Source: Rhizodiscina lignyota
Taxonomy: Eukaryota
Direction: 5' to 3'
DNA length: 64,000 nucleotides
Assembly (NCBI GenBank): GCA_010015805.1
Contig: ML978131.1
Span: forward strand, 992,001 to 1,056,000
Made by a program: the position numbers and the translations under genes. Below the pieces are notes generated by a model. It searched no databases. It worked only from the letters and a program-made list of their open reading frames with translations, and was not told the DNA's origin. The first letter of the stretch is position 1; each line of letters opens with the position of its first letter. Below, piece by piece: positions 49,291 to 60,612 of the stretch.

Positions 49291-49960
49291 TTGATGAGTT
49301 TGGAGGTTATGGGCTTTACTTAACGATGGCTTGGATTTGGACTTTGGGTGCGCTGAAAGACTTGTTTTCACACATCAAGCCTCTTTTCCTGTAAGAGCCA
49401 AAATCCGCATTAGCGATACTACCAAGAACTGAGATTTACAGCTTTTTCACGTCTCCTCTTCCAGCGAAAGCTGGCTATCTATATTCTTGAATGAGAGGCT
49501 TCCACGTGTTCTATCTGTTAAATCTCGGTTGCCTTTCTGCAAGAGGGCGGCGCTGTGATCATGCAATTGGACGAATTCGTTGATGTTACAATTTCACGTC
49601 ACGTTTCTTGCAGCACCTCGAATGGAAATTCAGCTCGTCCGAGCGACTATTAATTGACCCAGAACTATCTACGTGGTGCGCTGAATCAGTCTCAGCCCTT
49701 ATAGCAGCTTTACAACTGAAAATACATGCTCCTCGGGGAGAAGTCCCAAGAATGGCCCCCTTGACTAGTTCTTAACTTGATGAGCAACGCGAGATATGAA
49801 AGAAAAAGAAAAAGAATGAACACCGCGAGAGTGAAAGTAGGCTTGGTGAAAATAGCTTCGAGTGGATTCGGATTAGGTTACTTAATGATATTGCGAGCCC
49901 CTCCTATCCTATGTCTGAACTTTCTTGTCGCTCTCAAGCTTCTATGACACTTGTCACACT

Positions 49961-51190
49961 TCACACTTCACCTTGGACGACCCTTTCCCAGCCATTCCGC
50001 AACTCTTCCTCCTGAATGTCCCTTACAATGTATAGGTGCCACTCCATGAGCGTCTTCAGGGACGAGTAGAAGTTGGAAAACGTATTCACACCCCAAGGCA
50101 TGGGGATGTTCTCGGAGAGAACAAGCTTATCGACCTGGTTACGGTTCTGAATGTGGTAAACTGTAGTCGCATCTTTGAACACCGGGTCCTCGGACACCAT
50201 TTCCCTCAACGGTTTCCATGGTTGGAGGCATTGCAGGTCTTCGTCGGCGGATTCGGAGACCACAATGGTTGTGGAGTGACATAGCCCTGTTCCTCTCTGT
50301 CAGACTTGAGCTTTATAAGATACGGGGAGTAACGTGGAGTGCTACTTACATCTACCATCTGCGCCTCGAGCTTCGTGCACTGTCCTTCGGCCACGGAGAA
50401 GAGCCGGCGGCGGACACGAGAGGGGATCTTGACCGAGGATTCGGGCTCTGACGTGCGCGAGAAACTCCATATTGAAAGGCATAAGCTTTTCGCTGTCAAA
50501 CAACTGTGAAGGGGGACGGGGGCCTTCCGTGTGGGCTTCCATAACGATGCGCAAGCATTTCAATGAGCGAAGTGGCTTGATCATTTTATCCGCAACAGAG
50601 CGCCATTTCCTCCTAAGGCAGATTCCTTTCCTCCACCGCGACGTTGCGCACGGCGCACAGGGACAGTTGAGCCGGAAGGGGAGCCTCATGAAATTGAGCT
50701 GCAGGTCCCGAAGCTGGTCTAGCGATGCCAAGATGCGCCACATGTTTTGTGCGAGGCTGTCAAAGTCCATGTTCACATCGATTGCTAACCGTCGGATCGT
50801 GCGACAGCTGGGGATGGAATGGAATTTGAAACAGCGAACGAAATTCTGAACACTTTCACGACGTGTGATATGGGTGGTATATGCTTCATCGTCCTTCTCG
50901 GATCGGGACAAAAAGCACAAGCGATTCTCGCGGAATAGGACGCTGAGGCCCTCGTGGCGTGCTTGCCAACAAGTTCTGGTCAAGGCCATGGCAATTGGTT
51001 TTGGTTTTGCTCGATTGTCGATGTTGGATTTTCCGGGTACCAGATTATTGACGACGATATCGCAGGGTGAGAGAGCATAGCGGTAAATCGCATTCCGTAT
51101 CTCTCCAGGAAGCGAGAAGAAATATGGGGACCTGGATTCATTTCCCGAGGCTTTCGATTGCTGTGTATTTCGTTGTGGAGTATCTGCCAT
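49961..51190 (-). CDS. Hypothetical protein with N-terminal F-box-like motif, two exons
   Basis: FFSLPGEIRNAIYRYAL and LTRTCWQARHE motifs. Intron 50349-50287 (GTAAGT...TCTGAC...AACAG) joins ORF 50342..51244 in frame to ORF 49961..50263. Confidence 0.6.
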
Positions 51191-51817
51191 GATGAGGATC
51201 AATGTACGTTGAAAAATGAAAGAAATGAAAAAATATCGCGGCATTTATAGAAGTCTGAAACGTCAGACCGTTGAATGATTTTGGACGCTCGACGACCCGG
51301 TTGCCATTGCGAAAGCAATGATAGGCTGCATAGGGAACAGCATGTTGGAAGAGATTTTGGGGTTGACCAATGTAAACGTCTAGTTTAGATTATATTCAGT
51401 TATATCGTAGAACGAGAAGATGCCGACTGTTCGAAGACATCACCGCTCGCATCTGTAAGGGTGCGTATGCATCGGCCACTGTGATTGGCTGATCCTTGGA
51501 TCTGTGGTACGATAAGCCAACGCAACGATTTATGAATACCTACTACAATATATAAACGAGGCCGTGATATGGGCTGCGGCCGCAATTTCACGAAGACGTT
51601 GCGCTCGAAGATTCGATAATCTTGAAATGCGATTGCTTGTCCGGGGCAGGCGAGCTTAAAGAGGGACGATCAGGGGTATCGCGATATCGTACGATAGCGC
51701 CGATCGGACCTCGATTAAGTCCCTCTCGTCTGGACGCCATCGACATTCCTTGCTGGCTCGCCAGCGAAAATCAGCTGAACTTCCCCACGTATCTACTGTA
51801 TCTTACGTGGCTCCGAA

Positions 51818-52145
51818 ATGCCTGACGATCTACGCGTTCGGGACCACCTCGTTCATCGCTGGCGCGACAAGCCTCGTGTCTCCAACCTCGGCGCGTCGGC
51901 CATTCGAGCTCCACCAGGAATCTCTTCCACCACTGCTTGGGAGCGGCCTGGCAGCAATCGCAATGGGCCGCTACTACGCTCTTGCGGCGTGGCAAGAGAA
52001 CGGGCCGTTCTTCTGGATGACGCTGCCCATGAGATGCCTTGCCGCACGCGTCTTCTTGAGCGTGGGCGGAGCATGGAGGACGGCTGGGATCTGGGAAGGC
52101 AGCGGAGCGGCGTTGACTTGCGTGAGCTTGATCTTGGGAAAATAA
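51818..52145 (+). pseudogene. Small multi-TM fungal membrane protein, apparently frameshifted right after the ATG
   Basis: Hydrophobic protein-like frame LTIYAFGTTSF...GLAAIAMGRYYALAAWQEN..FF...PMR has no in-frame upstream ATG; ATG 51818 is out of register with it (ATG C CTG ACG ATC). Confidence 0.45.
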
Positions 52146-53331
52146 GACGGGAAGCGAAGGAATCTCGGCGGTGGGGCAGTCGAAGGACCGTTAATTTGCG
52201 CGGTGGATTCGAAAGGATGGGCATCGCAGTAGTCGATTGCGAATGCGGTCCTGGCGGTTATGTGGCACAAAAGATCAGATCATGATAATCCGGCGCCTTC
52301 CTGGAAGCAATTTCGAAGCTTCCATCCTTTCAGCCAAAATTGGATCAGCGCTACAAAGGGATGCTGAGGCCTCCAGTAAAATGGCGCGGAGGGACGTCCA
52401 GGTTCGGATCACAGAGCCCTAATCCTTGTGGCCGACAGTCGGTGGGAGGAGAGGTGGTATGCGGGCCTGGTTAGCTGCCGCAACGTTGGGTAGGGATCGG
52501 TAAGGATGGAGTTGTATTCGGGCATTTTCGACCCAACTTGACGATTCAGCTGTCACGGGAAGCCGGTCGCTCGAGGTTGGAAACGACGCCGTTGAGCATC
52601 CTGGCGCGTGCGGCGTGGCTTACTCACGGTGACTATCAAATGCCGCGGCGTGTTCGAGAAGACGAGGCGGTCGTGATGGCGTCCCAGCGAGCAGCTCGCA
52701 CTGATGGCGAGAGGGAGCAGCGCGGTGGGGTGAGCGCTGGGCGCAGCGTCACGGGTGAAGCGGAAGGGCAGCACGATATCGGTGGAGACTGTGCGACTCT
52801 CATAGAGCATTGGTGTTGGAGTCGTTGGGTGTTTGGCACGTCGTCTGCAGAGGCGCAGCTGCCTGTATTGAGGCAGATTCATTGGGTCTAGACCGGTCTG
52901 CACGTTCACTCGCATGTTCTGCACGGACGCCATGCCCGACCTGCACCACAGCACACACGCTCTTTTCTGCGCTCCATGGCCCGCTCACTGACTTTCTTTT
53001 CCGACAGCAGACGACCGGATCACGTCTGGCTTGCTGCTGTTCACGGCATTTCCTCGCTGAAACACCGCGCGCTGACTGTCGAGCCCGCTCACTTCACTCG
53101 TTCGCAAACACGCCCACGCTCAAGCACTCTCTTAACGCGTCACACGCCCGCGCCTTATCAAACCCGGCATTGCAGTTTCACGACATTACGATTCCTGGAA
53201 GCAAAGGCTCGCCGCGCAGCAGTCGTTCGTCGGATGTTATCCTACGCGTCAGCCAGCCTCTATCTCATGACGCTGGCTGCGTAAAAGTCACACCTTCACC
53301 TCTTCTCTTCTACTCCGTCCCCGGGAAATCT

Positions 53332-55243
53332 ATGACCGATCCGCAGCTTCCGCTGGATAAGCCCAGCAAAGCTGCCTCTGCAAATGCTCTCCGGCTTTCA
53401 GACCTAGCATTCCCATTATCTGCGATTGGCCGGCTCCCAGTCGCGACTCCAGACGATGGCACTCTGTCCCACCACTCCTCGCCTGGATCAGAGCGGCATC
53501 ACGCTCTGCTTGAGAGCGCGTTCCCGCCGTCCCTGTATCCTGATGCTCCCGCAATGATAGGCTCGCTGAGCTTAAATAGCACACCCACCCCATCAAAAGA
53601 ATTGCGCGATCTGTCTCTTCCAGCAGCGGTAGGGGCGGATATTCCTAATGATATGACTCCTACAAGTTCAGCGGTTGCAAGACGTTCTCTCAGGTTACCG
53701 TCTTTCGAGGCTCTTGGCATAGCAGCTCCACATCCAGATCGCAAATGGAACAACTCTGGCGATTTCAGTTTGGTAGGAGCTGGGCCACTATCAAATGCTG
53801 GAGATCCTCTTCATATCCTGAGTCCGCGTATTGAGGCATCAGCGCGAAGATATTCACTCTCTCATCCCGAAGATGCTCCGACTCAAGCGTGTGAATCAAA
53901 TCGCAAGCAAATTTCCCATTATGTCACCACATTCACTCCTCCAGAGGACGCTAAACTCCCAAAGTGGCCGCCTGGTGCCTACGCCAACGTCAAAACTGCG
54001 GCCATGGAATCTCCTGCACAATCAGACCAAGAACATACAACTCCCAACATGGCAGCTCCCGGCAGCAGCGAGGCTCCAGCTGGCCCACAAGGCTTATCAG
54101 AGCAACTTTCGAATTTGTCGATTCCAGATAGGAGCTGGCTTGATGGTGGTGTTCAAGTTTTGCGTAAGTTTAGATCTCCACGCATATTCGCCTGGAGCAC
54201 GATCGATCTCGCTAACAGATCATACAGTGGATAACATCGACTTCGCCAGCGCCGAGCTGAACCCGTTAAAAGTCCTCTCGCATGCTCTCCCTTCCCCCTC
54301 GGTCACCGGTCACGCCTTTCCTCGAATCATCAACCGCATCTTGGAGCAGCTTGCTCCAAAACCGACAACCTGGGTCAACGTGTTTCACGCAGTCCCAGGC
54401 CGCTTCAACCTCGTCGATCTCCCAACTTCCCCGCCAACCACGCCAGGTAACCCCAATGAAGGAGAAGATTACTTCACGACAAAGGTATTTGATAGCGCAG
54501 TTCCAGTATCCGACTACGCGAGCGAAGCCGTTCCCATACCGAGGTCTCCAAGACCTGCCGTGCCTCCCGGCAGCATCAATGTCGCGATCGTCGAGCGCTA
54601 CATTCCACCGCCATCACCAACTGAGGTCTCGCGCCTCTTCGATCAGACTGGCCGCTCCATTCTCAGCGACCGCCTTGTCGAGCTCTCGCCGAACAACGGC
54701 CTTCTCTTCTTCGTGTATCCGACTAAAACAGGCGGCAAGACCTTCGTGACCGAGTATCTTGGCCCTGTTCTAGAGCCTCTCCTGCGCTCCATGTCAATCA
54801 TCAACGAGCTCTCCTCCGACCTGGGCTCTTCACTCCACCACATGGCCGCGGCCGATCACATGACATCGTACGCCGAACTCGCCGCCTCCGTCGAACACTT
54901 CTGCCGCCAGCTCTCGACGTCCAGCAACGCGCTCAGCCGCTTCCATCCGGACCGCAAGACGAGCTATTCAATAATCTACTCGTCGAAAGAGGAAGTGGCT
55001 ATCAGCCGAGAGGACTGGTCCGCCAACTGGTGGATCAAGCAGGAGAAGCCGCGCGTGCGGCAGATCGTCGGCAAGTACTTCCGGCTGAGCCACAAGATGC
55101 CGGCCGACGCGGAAGAGGTGATCCCGACCGCCATGATACAAGAGATTCTGGATGGTGTGGCGAGCAAGAGCCAGCCGAACGCGCGGCCGAGAGGGGGGAT
55201 TGAGGTGGGCGTGTTCGTGATCAAGAAGAGCACGGCGGTGTGA
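53332..55243 (+). CDS. Conserved-looking fungal hypothetical protein (Ser/Pro-rich N-terminus, globular C-terminus)
   Basis: ORFs 52810..54234 and 53831..55243 are joined by intron 54164-54227 (GTAAGT...GCTAAC...TACAG); coding-like GC3 bias in exon 2. The true start may lie further upstream. Confidence 0.75.
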
Positions 55244-56437
55244 AGGGGGGAGACTTCACGAAGGCATGAAGGCGTTGCGGTTGGGATTCTAGTGAGCATC
55301 TAAGTGACGATTCATGTCACTTTAAATGACGATAGGGGAGGGACATAGCGCTGGAGCAATGGATTTCGGCGAGCATGGAGGTGTCTGGTGTCTACAAACG
55401 ACGCCAAATTTAGTAAGCACTGCAAAGCAGTGATTTTTTCAATGAGCGTGAAAGTATCTGCTCATTCAAGGTTCTCTTCTTTTCTCCTTTTGACTCACCG
55501 TGAATGAAGCAATGGTCTGAATGACGTATGAATGCGACGCGCAAAGATTTCAACTTTTTCACATACATGGCAAGGGCGCTCCGGAAATGGGAAAGAGGGC
55601 TCCCGACTTAGGGATACTGCATGGACACACTTTTTCGTATTGAAGTAATGGAAGCTGGCTTTTTTCTTCGGTTCTTTGCTCAGATGTACATAATACCCAC
55701 TTGTAGCTGAGTTTAGCCATTATATGAATGGAGCTGGGAGATCTGCGATTTCACTGTACCCAAGGTGACGAAAGAGCTGAGGCATAGCTGTAATGTATGG
55801 AGCTGTTATAGAGCACAGCCATTGGCGTAAAGACGGGTTAGATTCTGCGAAGTCGGACAAGCGCGACGAGTACGATCTGAAGCTTCTTCAAGCAGACTTT
55901 CAGCGACGCTACCGATTTCGGTGAAGAGAGCAAAACACGTAACCATACCCATATTAGGCTGCTTGACTTCACCAGTATCCAAGGTGCTCCTGTGGCAAAC
56001 CTGGCAAACATCGGACCTGCGACCTTTCAAGAACATTATCACCGTAAATCCAGCTCTGTACCTTGAGCAAATGAAGAGGGAAGACGCCCGGCAAGGCGTA
56101 TGCGATAAAAAGGAGCTCAACAAGTGCATCTCGACATTCGAAGCTACGCAATGTACTCCATGAACGGGAGGGAGAATCTCGGCGAACTGAGCAAGGAAGA
56201 TCTCACTCAGCGTGGCTTTCACATAGTCAATGATACCTTTGAATGTCAACTGTATTCATTGAAACTGCGTGCTCGTGCTAATACTGCCTAAAGCATGCTA
56301 CATAAGCTTTAAGAGATACTTTTACTTGTGCTTGAGAGTGAAATTCCTCTATTCTGTACTTATTCGACTCCGTCAAGCTCAGCTATATCGTCACATTTAG
56401 GGCAATGAAAATGGTCGAGATCATGTACTTGCGTAAT

Positions 56438-56665
56438 CTAGTTCTCTTCGAGCTTCATCTCAAGGAATGCGTCCCACAGCGGACTAATTACAAACCGCTG
56501 GCATTTCAACATCAGGCGCCTCTTGCAGCTTCCAACGAGGGTCCCGCAGAGATTTTCCGCAACCATATCAACCAACTCGATCAGCAGACGCCCGGCAATG
56601 TCTCCGGCGCCAAACGCAAGAGGCTCGCACGTCGATACTGCAACAGGAGAGCGAAACACGTTGCC
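56438..56665 (-). pseudogene. Frameshifted fragment duplicating the C-terminus of the adjacent 322-aa gene
   Basis: Encodes CFALLLQYRRASLLRLAPETL / RLLIELVDMVAE / LWDAFLEMKLE versus CFIFLLQYRRAIVLRVARETL / RLPNELIDLVLE / LWEAFLEIKFE in 56754..57722; DNA-level similarity is visible. Confidence 0.7.
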
Positions 56666-56753
56666 AAGGAATAGAGCGCGTTGTCCTGTGGCTAAAACCC
56701 ACGTCGGCCGTGACACATCAGAACAATCAGAGCTGTTGGTCGGTTCACTGTAT

Positions 56754-57722
56754 CTAGCGCACGAAATATTTGTGCGGACGCAGGGGTTGGTTCAGTGTAC
56801 CCTCGAGATTGTCAATCGTGGCAGCCCAATCCCTCTCAAACTTTATCTCAAGAAACGCCTCCCAAAGTGCGTCCTCCTTCTCTGAGTCCATCGACATGCC
56901 TGGATGCTTCTGCACCTCACGCGTCCCGAGGACATCCTCCAGCACTAGGTCGATCAGCTCGTTCGGTAGACGAGTCTGTGACAGCAACGTCTCCCGCGCC
57001 ACACGCAAGACAATCGCACGCCGATACTGCAGCAGGAAGATGAAGCAGCGCTTAAGCTGATACTTGAGCATGTAATCCTTTGGAACACTGCACACCGACG
57101 CGAAAAGTGTCGGTGGTCCAATCTCATTGGAAACGAACATGTGCGCCGCGCTCTGCTCGCCGAAGCGTCTCCACTGCACCACTGCGCGTGGGTGTTGCCT
57201 CTCCGCTATCCTCTTTAGCTCTTCGATGTATCGCAGGGGGTCCCACTTGTCACCATCTGTAACCCAGATACGCTGCCCACAGTCGATCATGACCTGATCC
57301 AGGGCTGTATCCCACATTCCAGGCGCTATCTTGAGGCACCAGAGGAGCTCGAACACGAGGCGCCCATGACGAGGGGTAGAGAGTAGTTGTAGAAGTAACT
57401 TGACAATTCGAGATCGTGCCTCCATGGCTCCGGTGCCGTAAGTCATCACCTCCCGTACATCCAGGAGGAAATCGTCGGCTGGGATTCTTCGTGCGAGACT
57501 TGAGGTCTGACTGAGGAAGTTGAGGCTTCGGCAGATACGATCTTCTTGCAATTGTGTCATTTCTTGCTGCTGTGCGAGTCCATCACCAGTCTCATCGTCA
57601 GTTTGGTCGCTGGACGTCTGTGACGCGTTCAAAGTTAGCAAAGAGGAAGAGTTGTTTGGTGGAGTATCGATACGAACAGGAGTAGTATGATCATCTTTAA
57701 TTTCAGAGGGTAACGATCGCAT
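56754..57722 (-). CDS. Hypothetical protein (C-terminal RLPxEL motif)
   Basis: 322-aa ATG-initiated intronless ORF; part of it is duplicated downstream. Confidence 0.6.
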   Translation of the reverse strand: MRSLPSEIKDDHTTPVRIDTPPNNSSSLLTLNASQTSSDQTDDETGDGLAQQQEMTQLQEDRICRSLNFLSQTSSLARRIPADDFLLDVREVMTYGTGAMEARSRIVKLLLQLLSTPRHGRLVFELLWCLKIAPGMWDTALDQVMIDCGQRIWVTDGDKWDPLRYIEELKRIAERQHPRAVVQWRRFGEQSAAHMFVSNEIGPPTLFASVCSVPKDYMLKYQLKRCFIFLLQYRRAIVLRVARETLLSQTRLPNELIDLVLEDVLGTREVQKHPGMSMDSEKEDALWEAFLEIKFERDWAATIDNLEGTLNQPLRPHKYFVR

Positions 57723-58384
57723 GGTAATTCTCGTCCTTTTTGATGTAGAACAGATGGCTATTTTGTGATCGTGATAGGGTAGGGCAGCCAGAGCTGTTTA
57801 AAAGGTGGGTAGGTGGGTAGGTGGGTGCCATGATCAATGGGAATGAGAAGGATTGTCGTACAAACGGGTGGCTGCATGAAGCACTTGCACTGCAGAAGCG
57901 AAGCTCATCTCATTGGCAACGCCATCTGCTGCTCATCCCTGCAGGATAATCGACATCTTAGCGCAATTCCTCCATAGATTATCAGATGAACAAACGACTT
58001 CGTCTGGATCAGATATGAATCTAAGTACTTACGATCTGCATTCCTTGCGATGGGTATGCCATTTTGCATTGCTCGAAGACTTCATTCTTATTCCGCCTGC
58101 AGCAAAGACGGGGAGTCCATAAGCAGCTTGATACTGCGCATATTGTTCGTGCATATGACGGGTCACAAATCTGAACTCCACATTCATTTGCCACATCGCC
58201 GCATGGAGGAAGGTGGACGTGCATATTATTGTGCGTCTTACGGGTCGAATCACAGTCGACCGTAGATTTTTCGCGGTCCCAGTTGCGGAAATTCGACTCT
58301 GCATCGCATACTCCTGTCGTGTTTCATGAGAAGGGCCGACTCGCACTGTTGAAAATAGATGGAGTTCCCATCACTGAGCAGAGC

Positions 58385-60163
58385 TCATATAAACGGTGGC
58401 GGAACTCCAAACTTCTGAAACGCCAAATATCGACAATCAATCCGATCCTCCTTCTTCCGCTGCTCATCCAGCACGCCTTGCAGCAAGTCTGCAGCATACT
58501 CGCTGCGGCAGATTGCACTGCGCACCTCGCGCAAGCGCGAAATCGCCCACGCCCCGCTCTCTTCGTCGGTAGCTTCGAGTCCGTAGAAGAAGATCGGCCA
58601 CATGAAGCCTGCGTCAACTTTTCCGTCGTTCCGCTCCACGGTCTTCTCCACGATAGAGCGCAGTTGCTTCATACCGTCAACAGCCTCCGGGGTGGGGTTG
58701 CGCCATGAGCCCTGACCAGCCGCCCGACAAAGGTCGACGAGCTCGTTCCAATACGCACAGCTGATTAGGTCGACGAGGTTGGAGAGCTGCTCGACAACTT
58801 CGGTCTGCCCCTGGAACAGACTGCGGATGTTGCCGACTGTGAGGCGGAGAGAGCTGGGCCGCTGCTGCCAGATGGCGTAGATATTCTTGCGTATCTGCAT
58901 AGCAGCTTGGTCCACCTCGACTTCGTCGGTTGGCGATCCACGTGAGCGGTGGTGTCGATTCAGTCCGCAGCACTGGTATCCAATGTCCTGGATCTGGACG
59001 TAAAACTCGAAGAGCTGGCCTGACAAACTATCGAATAAGATGGCCCACGGCGTCGGATTGGGGTCGATTTGGATTAAGCTTGGTGTTGGCGCACTATTGC
59101 CGTGGGACATGAGAATGTTGTGTACCTTGACGGATAAGAGGCCGCGTCCACCGAGATGCAAGGCCTTAGTATGGAAGATTTTCAGCCAGGCCTCGATCCT
59201 GCAGGCAACCGGCGGCCACGGCCTTATTGGAGCCCACTTCTCGAGGAAGTCGACAAAGGTTCCTTCTGCTTTTAGAGTGATGGATACTGTCTCTTGCTGA
59301 GCCACGACCTCGAAGCAGCACAGCAGGAAGGTCACGAGGAGAACGGGTTCGAGGTTCTGGAGGTGATGCTCGCTTTCCAACATGGTAGCGAATTGTGCCT
59401 TTGCTACATGGTACTGAGACATTGCCTTCGTAGTGTCCTGTCTGGCAGATTCTGCTTCGTAGAGCGTCTCCACGCAGTAGACGGCGGCAAGCACAACCGC
59501 ATTCTGGCGAGCAATATCCACCGCAATACGTTTCACCCTTGACCAATTGGCACTGTCGAACGGAGTGATGAACGGCGGGTCAACATGATCCAGGAAGTAG
59601 GCGAAGGAGTTCGGATTCGGGATATACGACAACGGCGTCGGACTCCCTGCCTCCAAGTTGCTGAACGGCGAATATAGGACAAAGTCCCCAGGGCCACCGG
59701 GTTGTATGTGCATCGGCGTGAGGCTCACGTCCTGCGCAGTGCTGTACATGTCCGGCAAAGTCCCGACGCCGAGTGCGCCGCCATTCGACGTGACATTCGG
59801 CACGCCGAACGGGGTCGCGACTGGAATGTTTGCATCCGGATGACTACTGAAGGCGAAGTGTGGTGGCGCTGACTGCATTGCCGAGCCTCCTCCATCGCCG
59901 GCCGCACCACCAGACTCGGAGGCGTCGCCCGTGCTGCTTGAATAGGATTCTATCCTCTGCGGCGAGCTGCTGCTCTGGTTGAAGACGCACACGCGCCCCA
60001 GGCGCTCGCAGTTCCAGCAGCTCGGTCGGCGTTCATCGCACTTGACCTTGCGCTTCCTGCATGTGAGGCATCCCGTGCGGACCCTGGTCCGCGGCACGAC
60101 GGTGGGCTGTGGAGTGGACGATGTGTTCGCACTCCAGGGCTGCTGTACCAGATGCGCGTTCAT
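58385..60163 (-). CDS. Zn(II)2Cys6 transcription factor with fungal-specific TF domain
   Basis: RTGCLTCRKRKVKCDERRPSCWNCERLGRVC; first in-frame ATG at 60163; C-terminal FMWPIFFYGLE. Confidence 0.88.
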   Translation of the reverse strand: MNAHLVQQPWSANTSSTPQPTVVPRTRVRTGCLTCRKRKVKCDERRPSCWNCERLGRVCVFNQSSSSPQRIESYSSSTGDASESGGAAGDGGGSAMQSAPPHFAFSSHPDANIPVATPFGVPNVTSNGGALGVGTLPDMYSTAQDVSLTPMHIQPGGPGDFVLYSPFSNLEAGSPTPLSYIPNPNSFAYFLDHVDPPFITPFDSANWSRVKRIAVDIARQNAVVLAAVYCVETLYEAESARQDTTKAMSQYHVAKAQFATMLESEHHLQNLEPVLLVTFLLCCFEVVAQQETVSITLKAEGTFVDFLEKWAPIRPWPPVACRIEAWLKIFHTKALHLGGRGLLSVKVHNILMSHGNSAPTPSLIQIDPNPTPWAILFDSLSGQLFEFYVQIQDIGYQCCGLNRHHRSRGSPTDEVEVDQAAMQIRKNIYAIWQQRPSSLRLTVGNIRSLFQGQTEVVEQLSNLVDLISCAYWNELVDLCRAAGQGSWRNPTPEAVDGMKQLRSIVEKTVERNDGKVDAGFMWPIFFYGLEATDEESGAWAISRLREVRSAICRSEYAADLLQGVLDEQRKKEDRIDCRYLAFQKFGVPPPFI

Positions 60164-60612
60164 GAGGCGGCGGCAGTCTGCGCATCTTCTGCGTGTGTTG
60201 GAGGCCTTTACATCGGACGGACACAATGACGTCGGGCGTGAGCAGGAATCAGATGGTGCGGCGTGTTGCGGCCAAGCTGTCTGGTGGCCCGTGGCAGTCC
60301 CCAACACCAATTTCGAGTGCGATGCGGTTAGCGGTTTAGCCTAGAGCGACGCGTCACGTGGAGATTGTTCAGCTCGAGTCAGCGGAGACCCTGGTGGCAT
60401 GCAAGGTACCACAGTACCTCATTGGGCCTGTTTACGCACGTGTGATGGGTATCTCAATTCGCGATGTGGAATACGCAGGTGTATATGTAGACGCGCAGCT
60501 GTACTCGGACCGAACCATCGCCAAAGCTCCGCCGAGATAGGCCCTCGACGCCCAGGAAAAGAAGCCCAACGCCAGCGCTATGCAAATGCGGAGCCGCAGC
60601 CCGAGTAGATCT

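Noticed and set aside
57806..57828. (GGTGGGTA)n repeat as a G-quadruplex
   Set aside because: Only three GGG tracts; a simple short tandem repeat.
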